This document shows, in pieces, positions 9,913 to 20,256 of a stretch of DNA of 57,026 nucleotides. This DNA is from Gammaproteobacteria bacterium (GTDB lineage Bacteria; Pseudomonadota; Gammaproteobacteria; GCA-001735895): NCBI GenBank assembly GCA_050298595.1, contig JBNKUM010000001.1, forward strand, positions 1 to 57,026. Direction: 5' to 3'. Below the pieces are notes generated by a model. That model did not search any database and was not told the DNA's origin. It saw only the letters and a list, made by a program, of their open reading frames with translations. Both the position numbers and the translations under genes were made by a program. How positions within the stretch are numbered: position 1 is the first letter of the stretch; the number at the start of each line of letters is the position of its first letter.

Positions 9913-10596
9913 ATGAATATATTACTTATCGAAGATAATCATGATCTTGCACTCAATGTTACGGAGTTCTTTGAGAGAAAGGGGCACATCATAGATTATG
10001 CAGCGGATGGCCTGTCTGCGCTCAATCTGGTGCTAAGACAGTCCTATGAAGTTATTATTCTCGATGTCATGCTGCCTGGAATGAGTGGGCTCACTTTTTG
10101 CCAGCAGTTGCGAAAGAACTACGAACTTGATACTCCGGTCATTATGCTGACCGCCAAAGATACCGAGGAAGATAAATTAAAAGGATTTAAGGCGGGTACG
10201 GATGATTACCTGGTAAAACCCTTTTCACTGCCTGAGCTGGAAGCTCGACTACAATCATTAATCCGACGCAGCCAACCTCATGCATTCGGTAAGAAAAAAC
10301 TGATCGTTGAAGATCTGGAGTATGCTCCAGATACGATGAAGTTAAAGCGAGGGGACTGCGAACTGACGTTAAAACCCATCCCTTTAAAAATCCTGATTAT
10401 CCTGATGCAAAACGCTAATCGAGTGGTCACCCGGCAGGAGATTGAGCATCAGGTATGGAATGATGAACCTCCCGATAGTGAAGTTTTACGCTCGCATATC
10501 TATGCAATTCGTAGTGAAGTTGATAAAAAAGGCTGTAAAAAGCTGGTACAGACGATTCGCGGTGTTGGCTACCGGCTCGCTATTGATGAGAGATAA
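9913..10596 (+). CDS. OmpR/PhoB-family response regulator
   Basis: MNILLIEDN, ILDVMLPG, GTDDYLVKPF and a winged-helix C-terminus (TIRGVGYRL). Confidence 0.95.
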   Translation: MNILLIEDNHDLALNVTEFFERKGHIIDYAADGLSALNLVLRQSYEVIILDVMLPGMSGLTFCQQLRKNYELDTPVIMLTAKDTEEDKLKGFKAGTDDYLVKPFSLPELEARLQSLIRRSQPHAFGKKKLIVEDLEYAPDTMKLKRGDCELTLKPIPLKILIILMQNANRVVTRQEIEHQVWNDEPPDSEVLRSHIYAIRSEVDKKGCKKLVQTIRGVGYRLAIDER

Positions 10597-11866
10597 ATAC
10601 AAACTGCATAGTCGCATTGCACGAAAAATGCTCTTCTTTGCGGCATTATCCAGTATTCTTTATTCAGTCTTTGTTGTCATACTGGTGAATCGACTGGAAG
10701 TCCTTATGGTGAACACTTTGCTGGGCCATGAGGTTTCTGAAATGGTCGTCGAGTTACAGCATGATCCTAATATTCGAATGCCAAAATCCGCATCGATACA
10801 GGCTTACCGATTGAGCGAAGAGAATACTATTCCTATTCCGCAGTATTTAAAAGAGCTCGATTATGACACTTATGTAAAGGTGAAGTCTGAAGACAGAAGT
10901 TATCATGCTACTGTGGTAGATCTGTTTAATGATCGTATTTACATTTCATTTGATACCACAGATATTAATAAGACATTAGCTCTGTTAGAAACGATTTTGA
11001 TCGGTGGTGGTTTCATCTTTGTTATCCTGATGTTCGTCAGCTGGTTCTGGTTAACCAGAAAGTTTGTAGTACCGGTTTCCATGCTGGCTGAAGAAGTGGC
11101 TACTCTGGACCCCAATGTGCGTAATATTCGAATTGAAGAAGCCTATAAGGATTATGAGGTTGGTATCATAGCGCAATCATTCGATCAGTTTCTGATACGT
11201 ATGGATGAATTTGTTGAAAGAGAGCAGTCATTTTCGGCAGCCATCAGCCATGAGTTACGCACACCGGTTTCAGTCATTGCAACAGCACTTGACCTGCTCG
11301 AGCTGGATGGTGTTACCGAGCAGCAGCAAGAGGTAATCAATCGCATCAGGTCTTCAACCAGTTATATGCACAAAATGATCGAGTCGCTGTTATTTTTTGC
11401 CAGAAACTCGGGTGAGAAATATGAGCCCAGCTTGATTGAAATCAGCCTGAGAGAGGTATTTGAAGAAACGCTGACTCAATATAAAGATCAGGCAAGAATT
11501 AAAAAATTAGATCTGAGCCTAGATGTTGAATTTGATACGAAAGTTAGAATTGAAGAAAACCATATACAAATTATTCTGGGGAATTTAATTCAAAACGCCA
11601 TCAACAATACCACCGTCGGCACCATTAAGGTGGTGCTCAAACAAGACGGATTTTGTGTCATCGATACCGGGCATGGTATCGGTAGCAATGAAATCGATCT
11701 GGTTGTTGAGTGTTGCTATCATGGCCCGGATAGTAATGGTTGTGGTCTTGGTCTCTATCTTGTGATGAAAGTTTGCAAGATCCACGGGCTCGATTTAAAA
11801 ATAGACAGCCAACTTGGACAGGGATCCAGTTTCTGTGTCATCTTTCCGCAACACCTGGTTGCATAA
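10586..11866 (+). CDS. Membrane sensor histidine kinase (HAMP-HisKA-HATPase)
   Basis: Two TM helices, SHELRTP H-box, NLIQNA N-box, DTGHGI and GLGLYLV G-boxes. Likely start is ATG 10586, coupled to the regulator. Confidence 0.93.
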   Translation: MRDKYKLHSRIARKMLFFAALSSILYSVFVVILVNRLEVLMVNTLLGHEVSEMVVELQHDPNIRMPKSASIQAYRLSEENTIPIPQYLKELDYDTYVKVKSEDRSYHATVVDLFNDRIYISFDTTDINKTLALLETILIGGGFIFVILMFVSWFWLTRKFVVPVSMLAEEVATLDPNVRNIRIEEAYKDYEVGIIAQSFDQFLIRMDEFVEREQSFSAAISHELRTPVSVIATALDLLELDGVTEQQQEVINRIRSSTSYMHKMIESLLFFARNSGEKYEPSLIEISLREVFEETLTQYKDQARIKKLDLSLDVEFDTKVRIEENHIQIILGNLIQNAINNTTVGTIKVVLKQDGFCVIDTGHGIGSNEIDLVVECCYHGPDSNGCGLGLYLVMKVCKIHGLDLKIDSQLGQGSSFCVIFPQHLVA

Positions 11867-11888
11867 TAATCAGTAGCAGGTTTTATTT

Positions 11889-12464
11889 TTAACTGTCGCT
11901 AACATTTTTGCGAAAATATTTTGGCCATTTCTCCTCTACCACAGGGCTATCCTCTGCATGGGTGTGACAGCTGTTAATCAGGAAGGGAACATAGGCTGAC
12001 TGGGCTTCTTCATCGTCGGGCTTTCCTTCAGAGTCTTTAATGCTTACCATGGTTTGAAATGCAGTCGTTGCCATAGGGCCGAGTAGTTCGGTCAGGTGAG
12101 TGCACCCATTACGCCCACCCATAATTTCACGTACCTTGCCGCGCCATCCTGAGCCAATAGTCACGCCTGCCAGCTGCTCGAAAACTGAGGCTATCGATTT
12201 ACAGTAATTGTAAGGGGTAAAATCCATGATCGCTTCAGCGCGTTGAATAGTCATTCGATGATCTATGGTGATACGAATTGACATACCATGCAGTGACTCG
12301 CCAGCCTTAATCTCACCACCTCGGTCCTGATTGGGGAAATCGAAAGGTTTGGTATCGTTCAGATAACCTTCAATATCAATTAAACCATCATCGCGTAAAA
12401 AACCCTGACAGGTGACTTCGCGGGTATGCAGTAGTTTACGTTGGCTGGGGGTGGAAAGCGGCAT
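11889..12464 (-). CDS. DUF2889-family protein
   Basis: RKLLHTR…GFLRDDGLIDIEG.L.DTK, GCTHLTELL and INSCH pattern. Confidence 0.75.
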   Translation of the reverse strand: MPLSTPSQRKLLHTREVTCQGFLRDDGLIDIEGYLNDTKPFDFPNQDRGGEIKAGESLHGMSIRITIDHRMTIQRAEAIMDFTPYNYCKSIASVFEQLAGVTIGSGWRGKVREIMGGRNGCTHLTELLGPMATTAFQTMVSIKDSEGKPDDEEAQSAYVPFLINSCHTHAEDSPVVEEKWPKYFRKNVSDS

Positions 12465-12570
12465 ATGACTAAGGTCCGATTAAAAATTCGTTATTTTAGA
12501 GCTTTTGAATAAATTGTGCACCTGCACAATTTAAGAGGGGGGTATAGCGTGAAAGGATCGAGTGGCGATT

Positions 12571-12780
12571 CTATTTACCTTTGCTGTTATCACCAATATG
12601 AGCAAATACGTCGATGATCCATAAGCAGAAGAAAAGCACAGCTATGAATACTAAAAGTGGTAGTACATAAGCGTAAAAACGGTTTGTACTGCCCAGATCG
12701 GTGAAGTACCAGCTGGGTATTATAATAATCAGCAGCACCAATAATTGATTGCGTCTGCTTCGGTTTAATTTAATTTTCAT
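12571..12780 (-). CDS. Small membrane hypothetical protein
   Basis: 69 aa with two hydrophobic segments; fills an intergenic gap without overlaps. Confidence 0.55.
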   Translation of the reverse strand: MKIKLNRSRRNQLLVLLIIIIPSWYFTDLGSTNRFYAYVLPLLVFIAVLFFCLWIIDVFAHIGDNSKGK

Positions 12781-12842
12781 ATCAAATGGCCCATCAGGGT
12801 TAATGGGGTTGCCACTGCTCGATCTTTCTACTATCAGCTATA

Positions 12843-12856
12843 ATGATGTAGATCAT
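12843..12856. promoter_or_regulatory. FNR-like box upstream of nifJ
   Basis: ATGATgtagATCAT, a symmetric variant of TTGAT-N4-ATCAA, about 65 bp upstream of the ATG. Confidence 0.5.
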
Positions 12857-12920
12857 GACTCTTTTTGCTGAATCTGAGCTATAACTATTAAAATTAAAAA
12901 AAGATACGAAAAAGGATATC

Positions 12921-15900
12921 ATGCAAAATACTACACTGACTATCGATGGTAACCAGGCTGCAGCCACAATCGCCTATCTTTGCAATGAAGTTATAGCCAT
13001 TTATCCAATTACACCGGCCTCTCCGATGGGGGAATGGTCCGATGAATGGTCATCCAAAGGGCAGAAAAACCTGTGGGGAACGGTCCCTGAGGTTGTAGAG
13101 ATGCAATCCGAAGCGGGTGCTGTGGGCACTACACACGGGGCTTTGCAGGCGGGATCTCTGACCACCACATTCACCGCATCGCAGGGATTACTGCTGATGC
13201 TACCCAATATGTACAAAATCGCTGGGGAGTTATCACCCACGGTTTTTCATATAGCGGCACGTTCACTGGCCTGTCAGGCACTTTCCATATTTGGTGATCA
13301 TAGCGATGTGATGTCCGCTCGTATGACCGGATTTGCGATGCTGGCATCAAATTCCCCACAGGAAGTGCTGGATATGGCGCTGATATCACAGGCAGCTACC
13401 TTACTCGGTCGCATACCGGTGTTACATTTCTTTGATGGTTTCAGAACCTCGCACGAGCTTTCCAAAATAGATGCTATTCCACTGGAAACCATCAAGGCAT
13501 TGATCAATGATGAGGCCATCAAGGCGCACCGAGCGCGCGCCATGTCGCCATTCAACCCGATATTACGCGGAACTTCGCAAAACCCGGATGTATATTTTCA
13601 GGCCAGGGAGTCGGTGAATTCTTTTTATCGAGCTTTTCCTGGCATCGTTCAGCAGGTGATGGACCAATTTGCAGAGCTGACTGGAAGAGCTTACAGGCTT
13701 TACGAATACGAAGGTGATGCTGAGGCTGAAAGTATTATCATCTTAATGGGCTCTGGCGCAGAAACCGTACACGAAACAATAGATTACCTGAATCGACAGG
13801 GCGCTAAGGTCGGGGTATTAAAAGTACGCCTGTACCGGCCTCTGGATAGCTTGCAGCTATTACAGGCGATACCCACTTCAGTGAAAGGTATTGCAGTGCT
13901 CGATAGAACCAAGGAACCCGGTTCTGATGGTGAGCCTTTATACAAGGACGTAGTTACGGCTTTTGCTGAAAACCTGACTTCAGAAGGTGCCCGTTTTAAA
14001 CAAATGCCCACCATTATTGGTGGTCGCTATGGCCTGTCATCCAAAGAGTTTACTCCTGCAATGGTAAAGGCTGTGTTCGACGAAATACAGAAACCAGAAC
14101 CTAAAAATCATTTCACTATCGGTATTGTGGATGATGTGACCCATACCAGTCTGGAGTGGGATGAACAGTTTAAAACAGATGCCAACGAGGATGCCTTTCA
14201 AGCATTATTCTACGGGCTGGGTAGTGACGGTACCGTCAGTGCAAATAAAAACAGCATCAAGATTATTGGCTCAAGTACCGAATTAAAGGCACAGGGTTAT
14301 TTTGTATACGACTCAAAAAAATCAGGTGCTATTACCGTGTCGCATCTGCGCTTTGGCCCACGTCCCATACGCTCAACCTATCTGATTGGAGATAATGAAG
14401 CCAACTTTGTCGCCTGTCACCAGTCGGTATTTCTACAACGCTATAACATGCTGGATAAGGCTGCACACAATGCTGTATTTCTACTCAATACCAGTCAAGG
14501 CGCGGCCGACGTCTGGAACTCGCTACCGCGTAAGATGCAGCAACAATGTATCGATAAAAATATCAGGTTCTACATCATTGATGCCTATGCGGTGGCCGAG
14601 AAATCAGGCATGGGTAAGCGCATCAATACCATCATGCAAACCTGCTTTTTTGCGATATCGGGCGTATTGCCACAACAGCAGGCTATAGAATCCATCAAGG
14701 AAGCCGTGGTTAAGACCTATGGTAAAAAAGGGCAGCGCATCGTAGATATCAATTTTAAAGCGATTGATGAATCTCTGGCCTGTCTGCATCAGGTGGAGAT
14801 ACCAGATTCAGTGGTAAGCAATTTTGAGATTCGCAGTTCGGTTTCTGCAGGTGCCCCAGAGTTCGTTAAAAATGTTATTGGCTCCATTATAGCGGGGACA
14901 GGCGATGCGCTACCTGTCAGTGTTTTTCCAGTAGATGGCTCATTTCCGACCGGTACCGCTGCGTACGAAAAACGTAATATTGCAACGGAAATTCCAGTGC
15001 TAGAAGCCGATATTTGTTCGCAATGCGGTAAGTGTCCCATGGTATGCCCGCATGCGGCTATCCGCAGCAAGATTTTTCACCAGGATGAATTGGTCAATGC
15101 ACCTGAATCGTTCAAAGCCATGCCCACGAAGGGCAAGGATTTTCCTGAGGGTTATCGTATAACTTATCAGGTTGCGCCAGAAGACTGTACCGGCTGCGGG
15201 TTATGCGTGGATATCTGTCCGATTCGAGATAAAAGCAATGCCAGCCGTAAGGCATTGAATATGGCGCCAATAGAACCGCTGCTGGAACAGGAAAAGGAAA
15301 ACTGGAAGTTTTATCTTGAACTGCCAGATTATGATCGACGTCAATTAAAAATAGGCACTATCAAGGGGGCCATGGCGCTGGAACCTTTGTTTGAGTTCTC
15401 CGGGGCCTGCTCGGGTTGTGGCGAAACACCTTATGTAAAACTGGCATCGCAATTGTTTGGCGACAGAATGTTGATTGCTAATGCCACCGGCTGTTCATCG
15501 ATTTACGGTGGCAACCTGCCAACAACACCCTGGAGTAAAAACAAACAGGGCCTGGGACCAAGCTGGAATAACTCTCTGTTTGAAGATACGGCTGAATTCG
15601 GCCTGGGTATGCGTGTTGCAGTGGATAAAAATAAGCAACAGGCACAGGAATTACTGCAACAACTCAGTGACCAGCTGGATGCGACATTGGTAGAGCAAAT
15701 CATCAATGCCGATGAATCAAGTGAAGCAGGTATCTATGAACAGCGACAACGCGTTGAGCAGTTAAGCGAATTATTGAAAGGACTCTCGGATGAAAAAGCC
15801 GAAAGACTTGAAGAGCTAAAACATTACCTGTGCCGTCAATCAGTATGGATCATGGGGGGGGATGGCTGGGCTTACGATATTGGCTATGGTGGGCTCGATC

Positions 15901-16553
15901 ATGTACTGGCTAGTGGTAGGAATGTAAATATTCTAGTGCTTGATACCGAGGTCTATTCCAATACCGGCGGGCAAACCTCCAAGGCTACGCCGCGCGGCGC
16001 GGTGGCGAAATTCTCATCCGGTGGTAAGGCAACAGCGAAGAAAGACCTCGCCATGCTGGCTATGGATTACGAAAATGTATACGTGGCTCATGTCGCTTAT
16101 GGGGCCAAAGACGTTCAGACATTGCGTACTTTTATTGAGGCAGAAGCATTTGATGGGCCTTCAATTATAATCGCTTACTCACCCTGTATCGCGCATGGTG
16201 TTGATATGGCGAACAATCATCGACAGCAGCAAATGGCTGTGGATAGCGGTCATTGGTCCCTGTTTAGATATGATCCCAGTAAAGCCTTGCAGGGGCAGAA
16301 TCCACTACATCTGGACTCCGCTGAGCCCAAGATTCCCTACCGTGATTACATTATGAGCGAAACACGCTTTAATATGCTGTGGCATACACACCCTAAAGAT
16401 GCAGAAGCATTCTTACAAAAATCACAGCAGGAAGTGAATCATCGCTATCACTACTATCGCCAACTGGCGGAACTGGAATGGGATCAGAACACTACGATCA
16501 CCCTGGCAAAGGCCAAACTTAGCGAAACTAAAGATAAACAGACGGAGCAATAA
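12921..16553 (+). CDS. nifJ: Pyruvate:ferredoxin (flavodoxin) oxidoreductase, single-chain
   Basis: YPITPAS, EMQSEAGA and GLGSDGTV motifs; two CxxCxxCxxxCP ferredoxin motifs; GACSGCGET and GGDGWAYDIG TPP motifs; 1210 aa. Confidence 0.97.
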   Translation: MQNTTLTIDGNQAAATIAYLCNEVIAIYPITPASPMGEWSDEWSSKGQKNLWGTVPEVVEMQSEAGAVGTTHGALQAGSLTTTFTASQGLLLMLPNMYKIAGELSPTVFHIAARSLACQALSIFGDHSDVMSARMTGFAMLASNSPQEVLDMALISQAATLLGRIPVLHFFDGFRTSHELSKIDAIPLETIKALINDEAIKAHRARAMSPFNPILRGTSQNPDVYFQARESVNSFYRAFPGIVQQVMDQFAELTGRAYRLYEYEGDAEAESIIILMGSGAETVHETIDYLNRQGAKVGVLKVRLYRPLDSLQLLQAIPTSVKGIAVLDRTKEPGSDGEPLYKDVVTAFAENLTSEGARFKQMPTIIGGRYGLSSKEFTPAMVKAVFDEIQKPEPKNHFTIGIVDDVTHTSLEWDEQFKTDANEDAFQALFYGLGSDGTVSANKNSIKIIGSSTELKAQGYFVYDSKKSGAITVSHLRFGPRPIRSTYLIGDNEANFVACHQSVFLQRYNMLDKAAHNAVFLLNTSQGAADVWNSLPRKMQQQCIDKNIRFYIIDAYAVAEKSGMGKRINTIMQTCFFAISGVLPQQQAIESIKEAVVKTYGKKGQRIVDINFKAIDESLACLHQVEIPDSVVSNFEIRSSVSAGAPEFVKNVIGSIIAGTGDALPVSVFPVDGSFPTGTAAYEKRNIATEIPVLEADICSQCGKCPMVCPHAAIRSKIFHQDELVNAPESFKAMPTKGKDFPEGYRITYQVAPEDCTGCGLCVDICPIRDKSNASRKALNMAPIEPLLEQEKENWKFYLELPDYDRRQLKIGTIKGAMALEPLFEFSGACSGCGETPYVKLASQLFGDRMLIANATGCSSIYGGNLPTTPWSKNKQGLGPSWNNSLFEDTAEFGLGMRVAVDKNKQQAQELLQQLSDQLDATLVEQIINADESSEAGIYEQRQRVEQLSELLKGLSDEKAERLEELKHYLCRQSVWIMGGDGWAYDIGYGGLDHVLASGRNVNILVLDTEVYSNTGGQTSKATPRGAVAKFSSGGKATAKKDLAMLAMDYENVYVAHVAYGAKDVQTLRTFIEAEAFDGPSIIIAYSPCIAHGVDMANNHRQQQMAVDSGHWSLFRYDPSKALQGQNPLHLDSAEPKIPYRDYIMSETRFNMLWHTHPKDAEAFLQKSQQEVNHRYHYYRQLAELEWDQNTTITLAKAKLSETKDKQTEQ

Positions 16554-16554
16554 T

Positions 16555-17541
16555 ATGGATATGACTACAGAATATCTCGGGTTGACTCTGAAAAACCCAC
16601 TGGTCGCTTCTTCAAGCCCCATGACCTGGGAAGTTGAGACGGCAGTTGAATTACAGCAGGGAGGAATAGCTGCGATTATCATGCCTTCACTATTTGAAGA
16701 ACAGATTGATTATGAACGGGCACAAATGGATCGCTTTGTTTTCCACTCATCTCTGGCTCATGCAGAAGCGGATAGCTTTCACCCTGACCCTGTTGAATAT
16801 GAAGATTGCGAGGAAAAATATCTCTCTCGATTAAAGGCACTGAAACAGGCTCTGGATATCCCTGTTATCGCCAGTCTCAATGGTGTTACCGATAGAGGCT
16901 GGGTGGAACATGCTCAAAATCTTGAACAGGCGGGTGCAGATGCTATTGAACTGAATATTTATTATATTGCTGCAGATCCTCAGGAAACTTCGCAACAGGT
17001 CGAACAACGTTATCTGGATATTTTTACTGCGGTTAAAAAACAGGTTAGCATTCCTGTGAGTCTCAAATTGTCGAATCATTTTAGTGCGCTACTACCTATG
17101 ATAACGCGATTGCAGGAGGCTAGAGCCAGTGGCGTTTCCTTATTTAACCGCTTTTATCAGCCGGATATCGATCTGGAAACCCTGATGGTAAAGCCCAATA
17201 TTAATCTATCCAGCCCCGGAGTATCGCTTATGCGCATCCGCTGGACTGCGATACTCAGGCAACACACCAGCATGTCCCTTGCTATCACAGGTGGCATGCA
17301 TGATGCCGATCAGGTACTCAAAGGTTTACTGGCCGGTGCCGATGCCTGTTGTCTGTGTAGCACGCTGCTTAAAAATGGGGCACAGCATACTTCAGTGATT
17401 CTGGAAGATATGCTGAGCTGGCTACAGGAAAAGGAGTACGAGTCTGTTAATCAGCTAAAAGGCAGCTTAAGTTACGCCAATGCTATTAATCCTTCTGAAT
17501 ATGAGCGCGCAAACTACCGGGAAGTACTGAGTAGCTATTAG
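16555..17541 (+). CDS. Dihydroorotate dehydrogenase-like flavoprotein (PFOR-associated type)
   Basis: YLGLTLKNPLVASSSP, PVIASLNG and LFNRFYQPDIDLE motifs. Has ELNIYY where true DHODH has the ELNxSCP catalytic Cys. Confidence 0.85.
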   Translation: MDMTTEYLGLTLKNPLVASSSPMTWEVETAVELQQGGIAAIIMPSLFEEQIDYERAQMDRFVFHSSLAHAEADSFHPDPVEYEDCEEKYLSRLKALKQALDIPVIASLNGVTDRGWVEHAQNLEQAGADAIELNIYYIAADPQETSQQVEQRYLDIFTAVKKQVSIPVSLKLSNHFSALLPMITRLQEARASGVSLFNRFYQPDIDLETLMVKPNINLSSPGVSLMRIRWTAILRQHTSMSLAITGGMHDADQVLKGLLAGADACCLCSTLLKNGAQHTSVILEDMLSWLQEKEYESVNQLKGSLSYANAINPSEYERANYREVLSSY

Positions 17542-17566
17542 CACTATGTTTTGAAGTATTATTTCT

Positions 17567-17724
17567 GGAATCCCTGATCAATTCGTGAACAGGGGTGTGG
17601 TGGCTGAAATGCCCCGGCTCTGCGTTGAAAAGCTTCACAATAGCTTGCTATTATGTGCGCTTTTCGTCTTGATCCGAAACATTTTATCTCACCATATCCT
17701 CTATTCAGAATTAATCAGAGATCC
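17567..17724. mobile_element. Palindromic MITE-like element (~160 bp)
   Basis: The left end GGAATCCCTGATCAATTCGTGAACAGGGGTGTGGTGG is an imperfect inverted repeat of the right end CACCATATCCTCTATTCAGAATTAATCAGAGATCC. Central hairpin CACAATAGCTTGCTATTATGTG. Confidence 0.65.
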
Positions 17725-17732
17725 TATAGAGC

Positions 17733-18353
17733 ATGACTGAAACAGATTTAGACCATCTAACATTAGCGCAAATCCGTCAGCGTCTGTTAGCAGAAAACCA
17801 GATTACTCAGGATATTCCTTTTGACTGGAACGAACAGGAATGGCGTCAGGCCGGTGTGTTAATCCCTTTTGTACGGGACTTAGATCGTTGGCATATTTTA
17901 TTTATCCGACGCTCTGATCATGAACACGATCATCATCGTGGTCAGGTCGCTTTTGCGGGAGGTAAATACGAAGAGCAGGACCGGAGTCTTCAGCAAACCG
18001 CACTACGTGAAGCGCATGAAGAAATAGGTTTACATCCGCAACATGTCGAAGTCCTCGGGCAGCTGAACTATCACTACAGTATTACCCGTTTTAAGATCGC
18101 ACCGGTTGTGGGTCATGTTTACCCATGGCCGTATTCTTTTATACCTGACCCCGCTGAAGTGGCGAGGATTTTTAGTATCCCGTTAAGCTGGCTTGCTGAT
18201 TCAGCTAATTATCGAATTGAACAGCAGCATAGATATGGCAAATCCTTTCCAGTATTACTCTATGATGAATATGATGGAGAGTTACTTTGGGGCGCTACTG
18301 CGAGAATGGTGCAGTCGCTTATATCGTGTCTGGTTGATTCAGGGGAAGCCTGA
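17733..18353 (+). CDS. Nudix CoA pyrophosphatase (NudL/YeaB-like)
   Basis: AGVLIP, HRGQVAFAGG, Nudix box ALREAHEEIG and LWGATA. Confidence 0.9.
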   Translation: MTETDLDHLTLAQIRQRLLAENQITQDIPFDWNEQEWRQAGVLIPFVRDLDRWHILFIRRSDHEHDHHRGQVAFAGGKYEEQDRSLQQTALREAHEEIGLHPQHVEVLGQLNYHYSITRFKIAPVVGHVYPWPYSFIPDPAEVARIFSIPLSWLADSANYRIEQQHRYGKSFPVLLYDEYDGELLWGATARMVQSLISCLVDSGEA

Positions 18354-18369
18354 GTAGTTTGTCCAGTGT

Positions 18370-19266
18370 TTATATGGGCTTGCTGGCTGGTAATTTAGTT
18401 TTAACAACCAGATAAACACCCATCACGGTAATTGCAATGCCGATAAACGCTGCCAGATTTAGTTGCTCATTAAAAAATAACCAGCCCTCGATGACTGTCA
18501 CAGGAGGTACCAGATAAAAATAACTGGCAACACGTGTCGACTCTCCTTCACAAATCATTAACATCAGCAGCAATATAGCGACTATAGAAAGTACAACCAC
18601 CAGCCATGCCAGTGAAGCCATCAGGGTAAATGACCAGGTGACTCGCTGAGTTTCAAATCCTGTGCTGAGAAGTCCCATCCAGACGACCGTTGACAGGTAT
18701 TGGAAAAAAGATCCTGAAAGTAGTTTACTGCCCTGACCATATTTTTTCTGGTACAGGGTGCCGATTGAAATACCGAATAGTGCAATCAGTATGGCGATGA
18801 TAGCGCTCAGGCTAATATTGTCGAATCCGATAGCTTTTCCCTGTAGTAAAACCATTGAAACCCCGATCAGTCCCAGCAATAGTCCAAGCCATTGCCTGGT
18901 TTTTATTGGATTGCCCAGTACTAGCCAGGCCAGGACTGCTGTTAAAAGTGGTTGTAAGCCCACGATGAGAGAGGCGATACCTGCAGGCATGTTCAATTTT
19001 ATTGCTGCAAATACACCCCCAAGATAGGCTGCATGAATCAAGGAGCCGACCACCATCTGATGAAATGCGTCTATCGGTTTTGGCCATTCGGTTTTAAACA
19101 GCTGGATGAGCAACAAAAAAAACACCACGGTGATCAACATACGCACTAAGAGCAGTGTATAGGGCTCTATATAGGGCAAGGCAAATTTGGCGGCGATAAA
19201 TCCTGTGCTCCATAACAGCACAAAAATGAGAGGGATAAATCTCACCATGCGGTGTAAATAAGTCAA
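18370..19266 (-). CDS. DMT/EamA-family transporter
   Basis: FVLLWSTGFI, ~10 TM helices, SLIVGLQPLLT and YFYLVPP. Confidence 0.9.
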   Translation of the reverse strand: MTYLHRMVRFIPLIFVLLWSTGFIAAKFALPYIEPYTLLLVRMLITVVFFLLLIQLFKTEWPKPIDAFHQMVVGSLIHAAYLGGVFAAIKLNMPAGIASLIVGLQPLLTAVLAWLVLGNPIKTRQWLGLLLGLIGVSMVLLQGKAIGFDNISLSAIIAILIALFGISIGTLYQKKYGQGSKLLSGSFFQYLSTVVWMGLLSTGFETQRVTWSFTLMASLAWLVVVLSIVAILLLMLMICEGESTRVASYFYLVPPVTVIEGWLFFNEQLNLAAFIGIAITVMGVYLVVKTKLPASKPI

Positions 19267-19399
19267 AGCAGTAACCAGCGAAAATTCAGGATGACTGGAT
19301 TATAAGGGGGCGAGAGGTGGTAAAACAGAGACAGTTGAAACGTTGCAGCAAACAATCTGTATTGTTTCAGCAAACTACCTGTATTGGTGATCTAACAAG

Positions 19400-19633
19400 T
19401 TAGGGGGTATCAATAATCTCAAACATTTCATCGTACAGCGCCCAGGCGGCTTCGGCTTCCTGTTGATCGATACGCGAAATCACATTGCCCATGCTGATCA
19501 TGACATACTCGCCAGCCTGTAGATCATCCTCCATCATAAGTAACAGGCTGGCTTCGCGTTCAATACCACGAGCTTCGCACAGGGCACTGATACCATTAAT
19601 CCTTTTGATTTGCATGGGGATACCAAGACACAT
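19400..19633 (-). CDS. hypC: Hydrogenase assembly chaperone HypC/HupF
   Basis: MCLGIP N-terminus; 77 aa. Confidence 0.92.
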   Translation of the reverse strand: MCLGIPMQIKRINGISALCEARGIEREASLLLMMEDDLQAGEYVMISMGNVISRIDQQEAEAAWALYDEMFEIIDTP

Positions 19634-19706
19634 AAACTAATTACCAGAGAAAAATAAAAATGTTAGAGACTGCTCTGCAATATAGCGCTCGCTAGATTTT
19701 ATTGTG

Positions 19707-19720
19707 TTGATCCAGATCAA
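19707..19720. promoter_or_regulatory. Perfect FNR box between divergent hypC and the hydrogenase operon
   Basis: TTGATccagATCAA matches the TTGAT-N4-ATCAA consensus exactly. Confidence 0.85.
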
Positions 19721-19782
19721 TACTGGGTTACAGCATTTGATTATACTGGCTACATAGTGCTGTTTAACACTGCAGGTATCAA

Positions 19783-20256
19783 ATGAATAAGAATAAGACA
19801 CTGGTACTAGGTATAGGGAATACATTACTGAGCGACGAGGGTGTCGGCGTTCATGTCATCAATCAACTTATCCTTGAAAACGCATTCTCTCCAGACGTGT
19901 TTTACATGGATGGTGGAACCCTCAGCTTCACTCTGGCCCAATCTATAGAATCCTGCGATCAATTGATCGTGGTGGATGCCTCTGAAATTAAGTCTGCACC
20001 GGGCGCTGTCCAGGTGTTCGAAAATGAAGCAATGGATTTCTTCATTACCAATGGTAATAAAAAATCTGTTCATGAAGTCGGACTGGTTGACGTTATGTCG
20101 ATTGCTATGCTGGCTGGAAAGCTGCCTGTTCGGCGCGCCCTGATTGGTATTCAGCCAGGGTCTCTGGATTGGGGTGAACATCTAACGGCAGCAGTACAGC
20201 AGGCTATTCCGCTAGCCTGTGAAGAAGTTAATCGCATTATTCAGCGCTGGCAATAA
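19783..20256 (+). CDS. Hydrogenase maturation endopeptidase (HyaD/HybD/HupD family)
   Basis: LGIGNTLLSDEGVGVH, DGGT, VVDA and SVHEVGL motifs. Confidence 0.93.
   Translation: MNKNKTLVLGIGNTLLSDEGVGVHVINQLILENAFSPDVFYMDGGTLSFTLAQSIESCDQLIVVDASEIKSAPGAVQVFENEAMDFFITNGNKKSVHEVGLVDVMSIAMLAGKLPVRRALIGIQPGSLDWGEHLTAAVQQAIPLACEEVNRIIQRWQ

Noticed and set aside
10442-10585. N-terminal extension of the histidine kinase in the ORF track
   Set aside because: Overlaps the response regulator by over 150 bp; ATG 10586 gives a normal sensor N-terminus.
19637-19825. 62-aa minus-strand ORF upstream of hypC
   Set aside because: Covers the FNR box and promoter region and overlaps the protease start.
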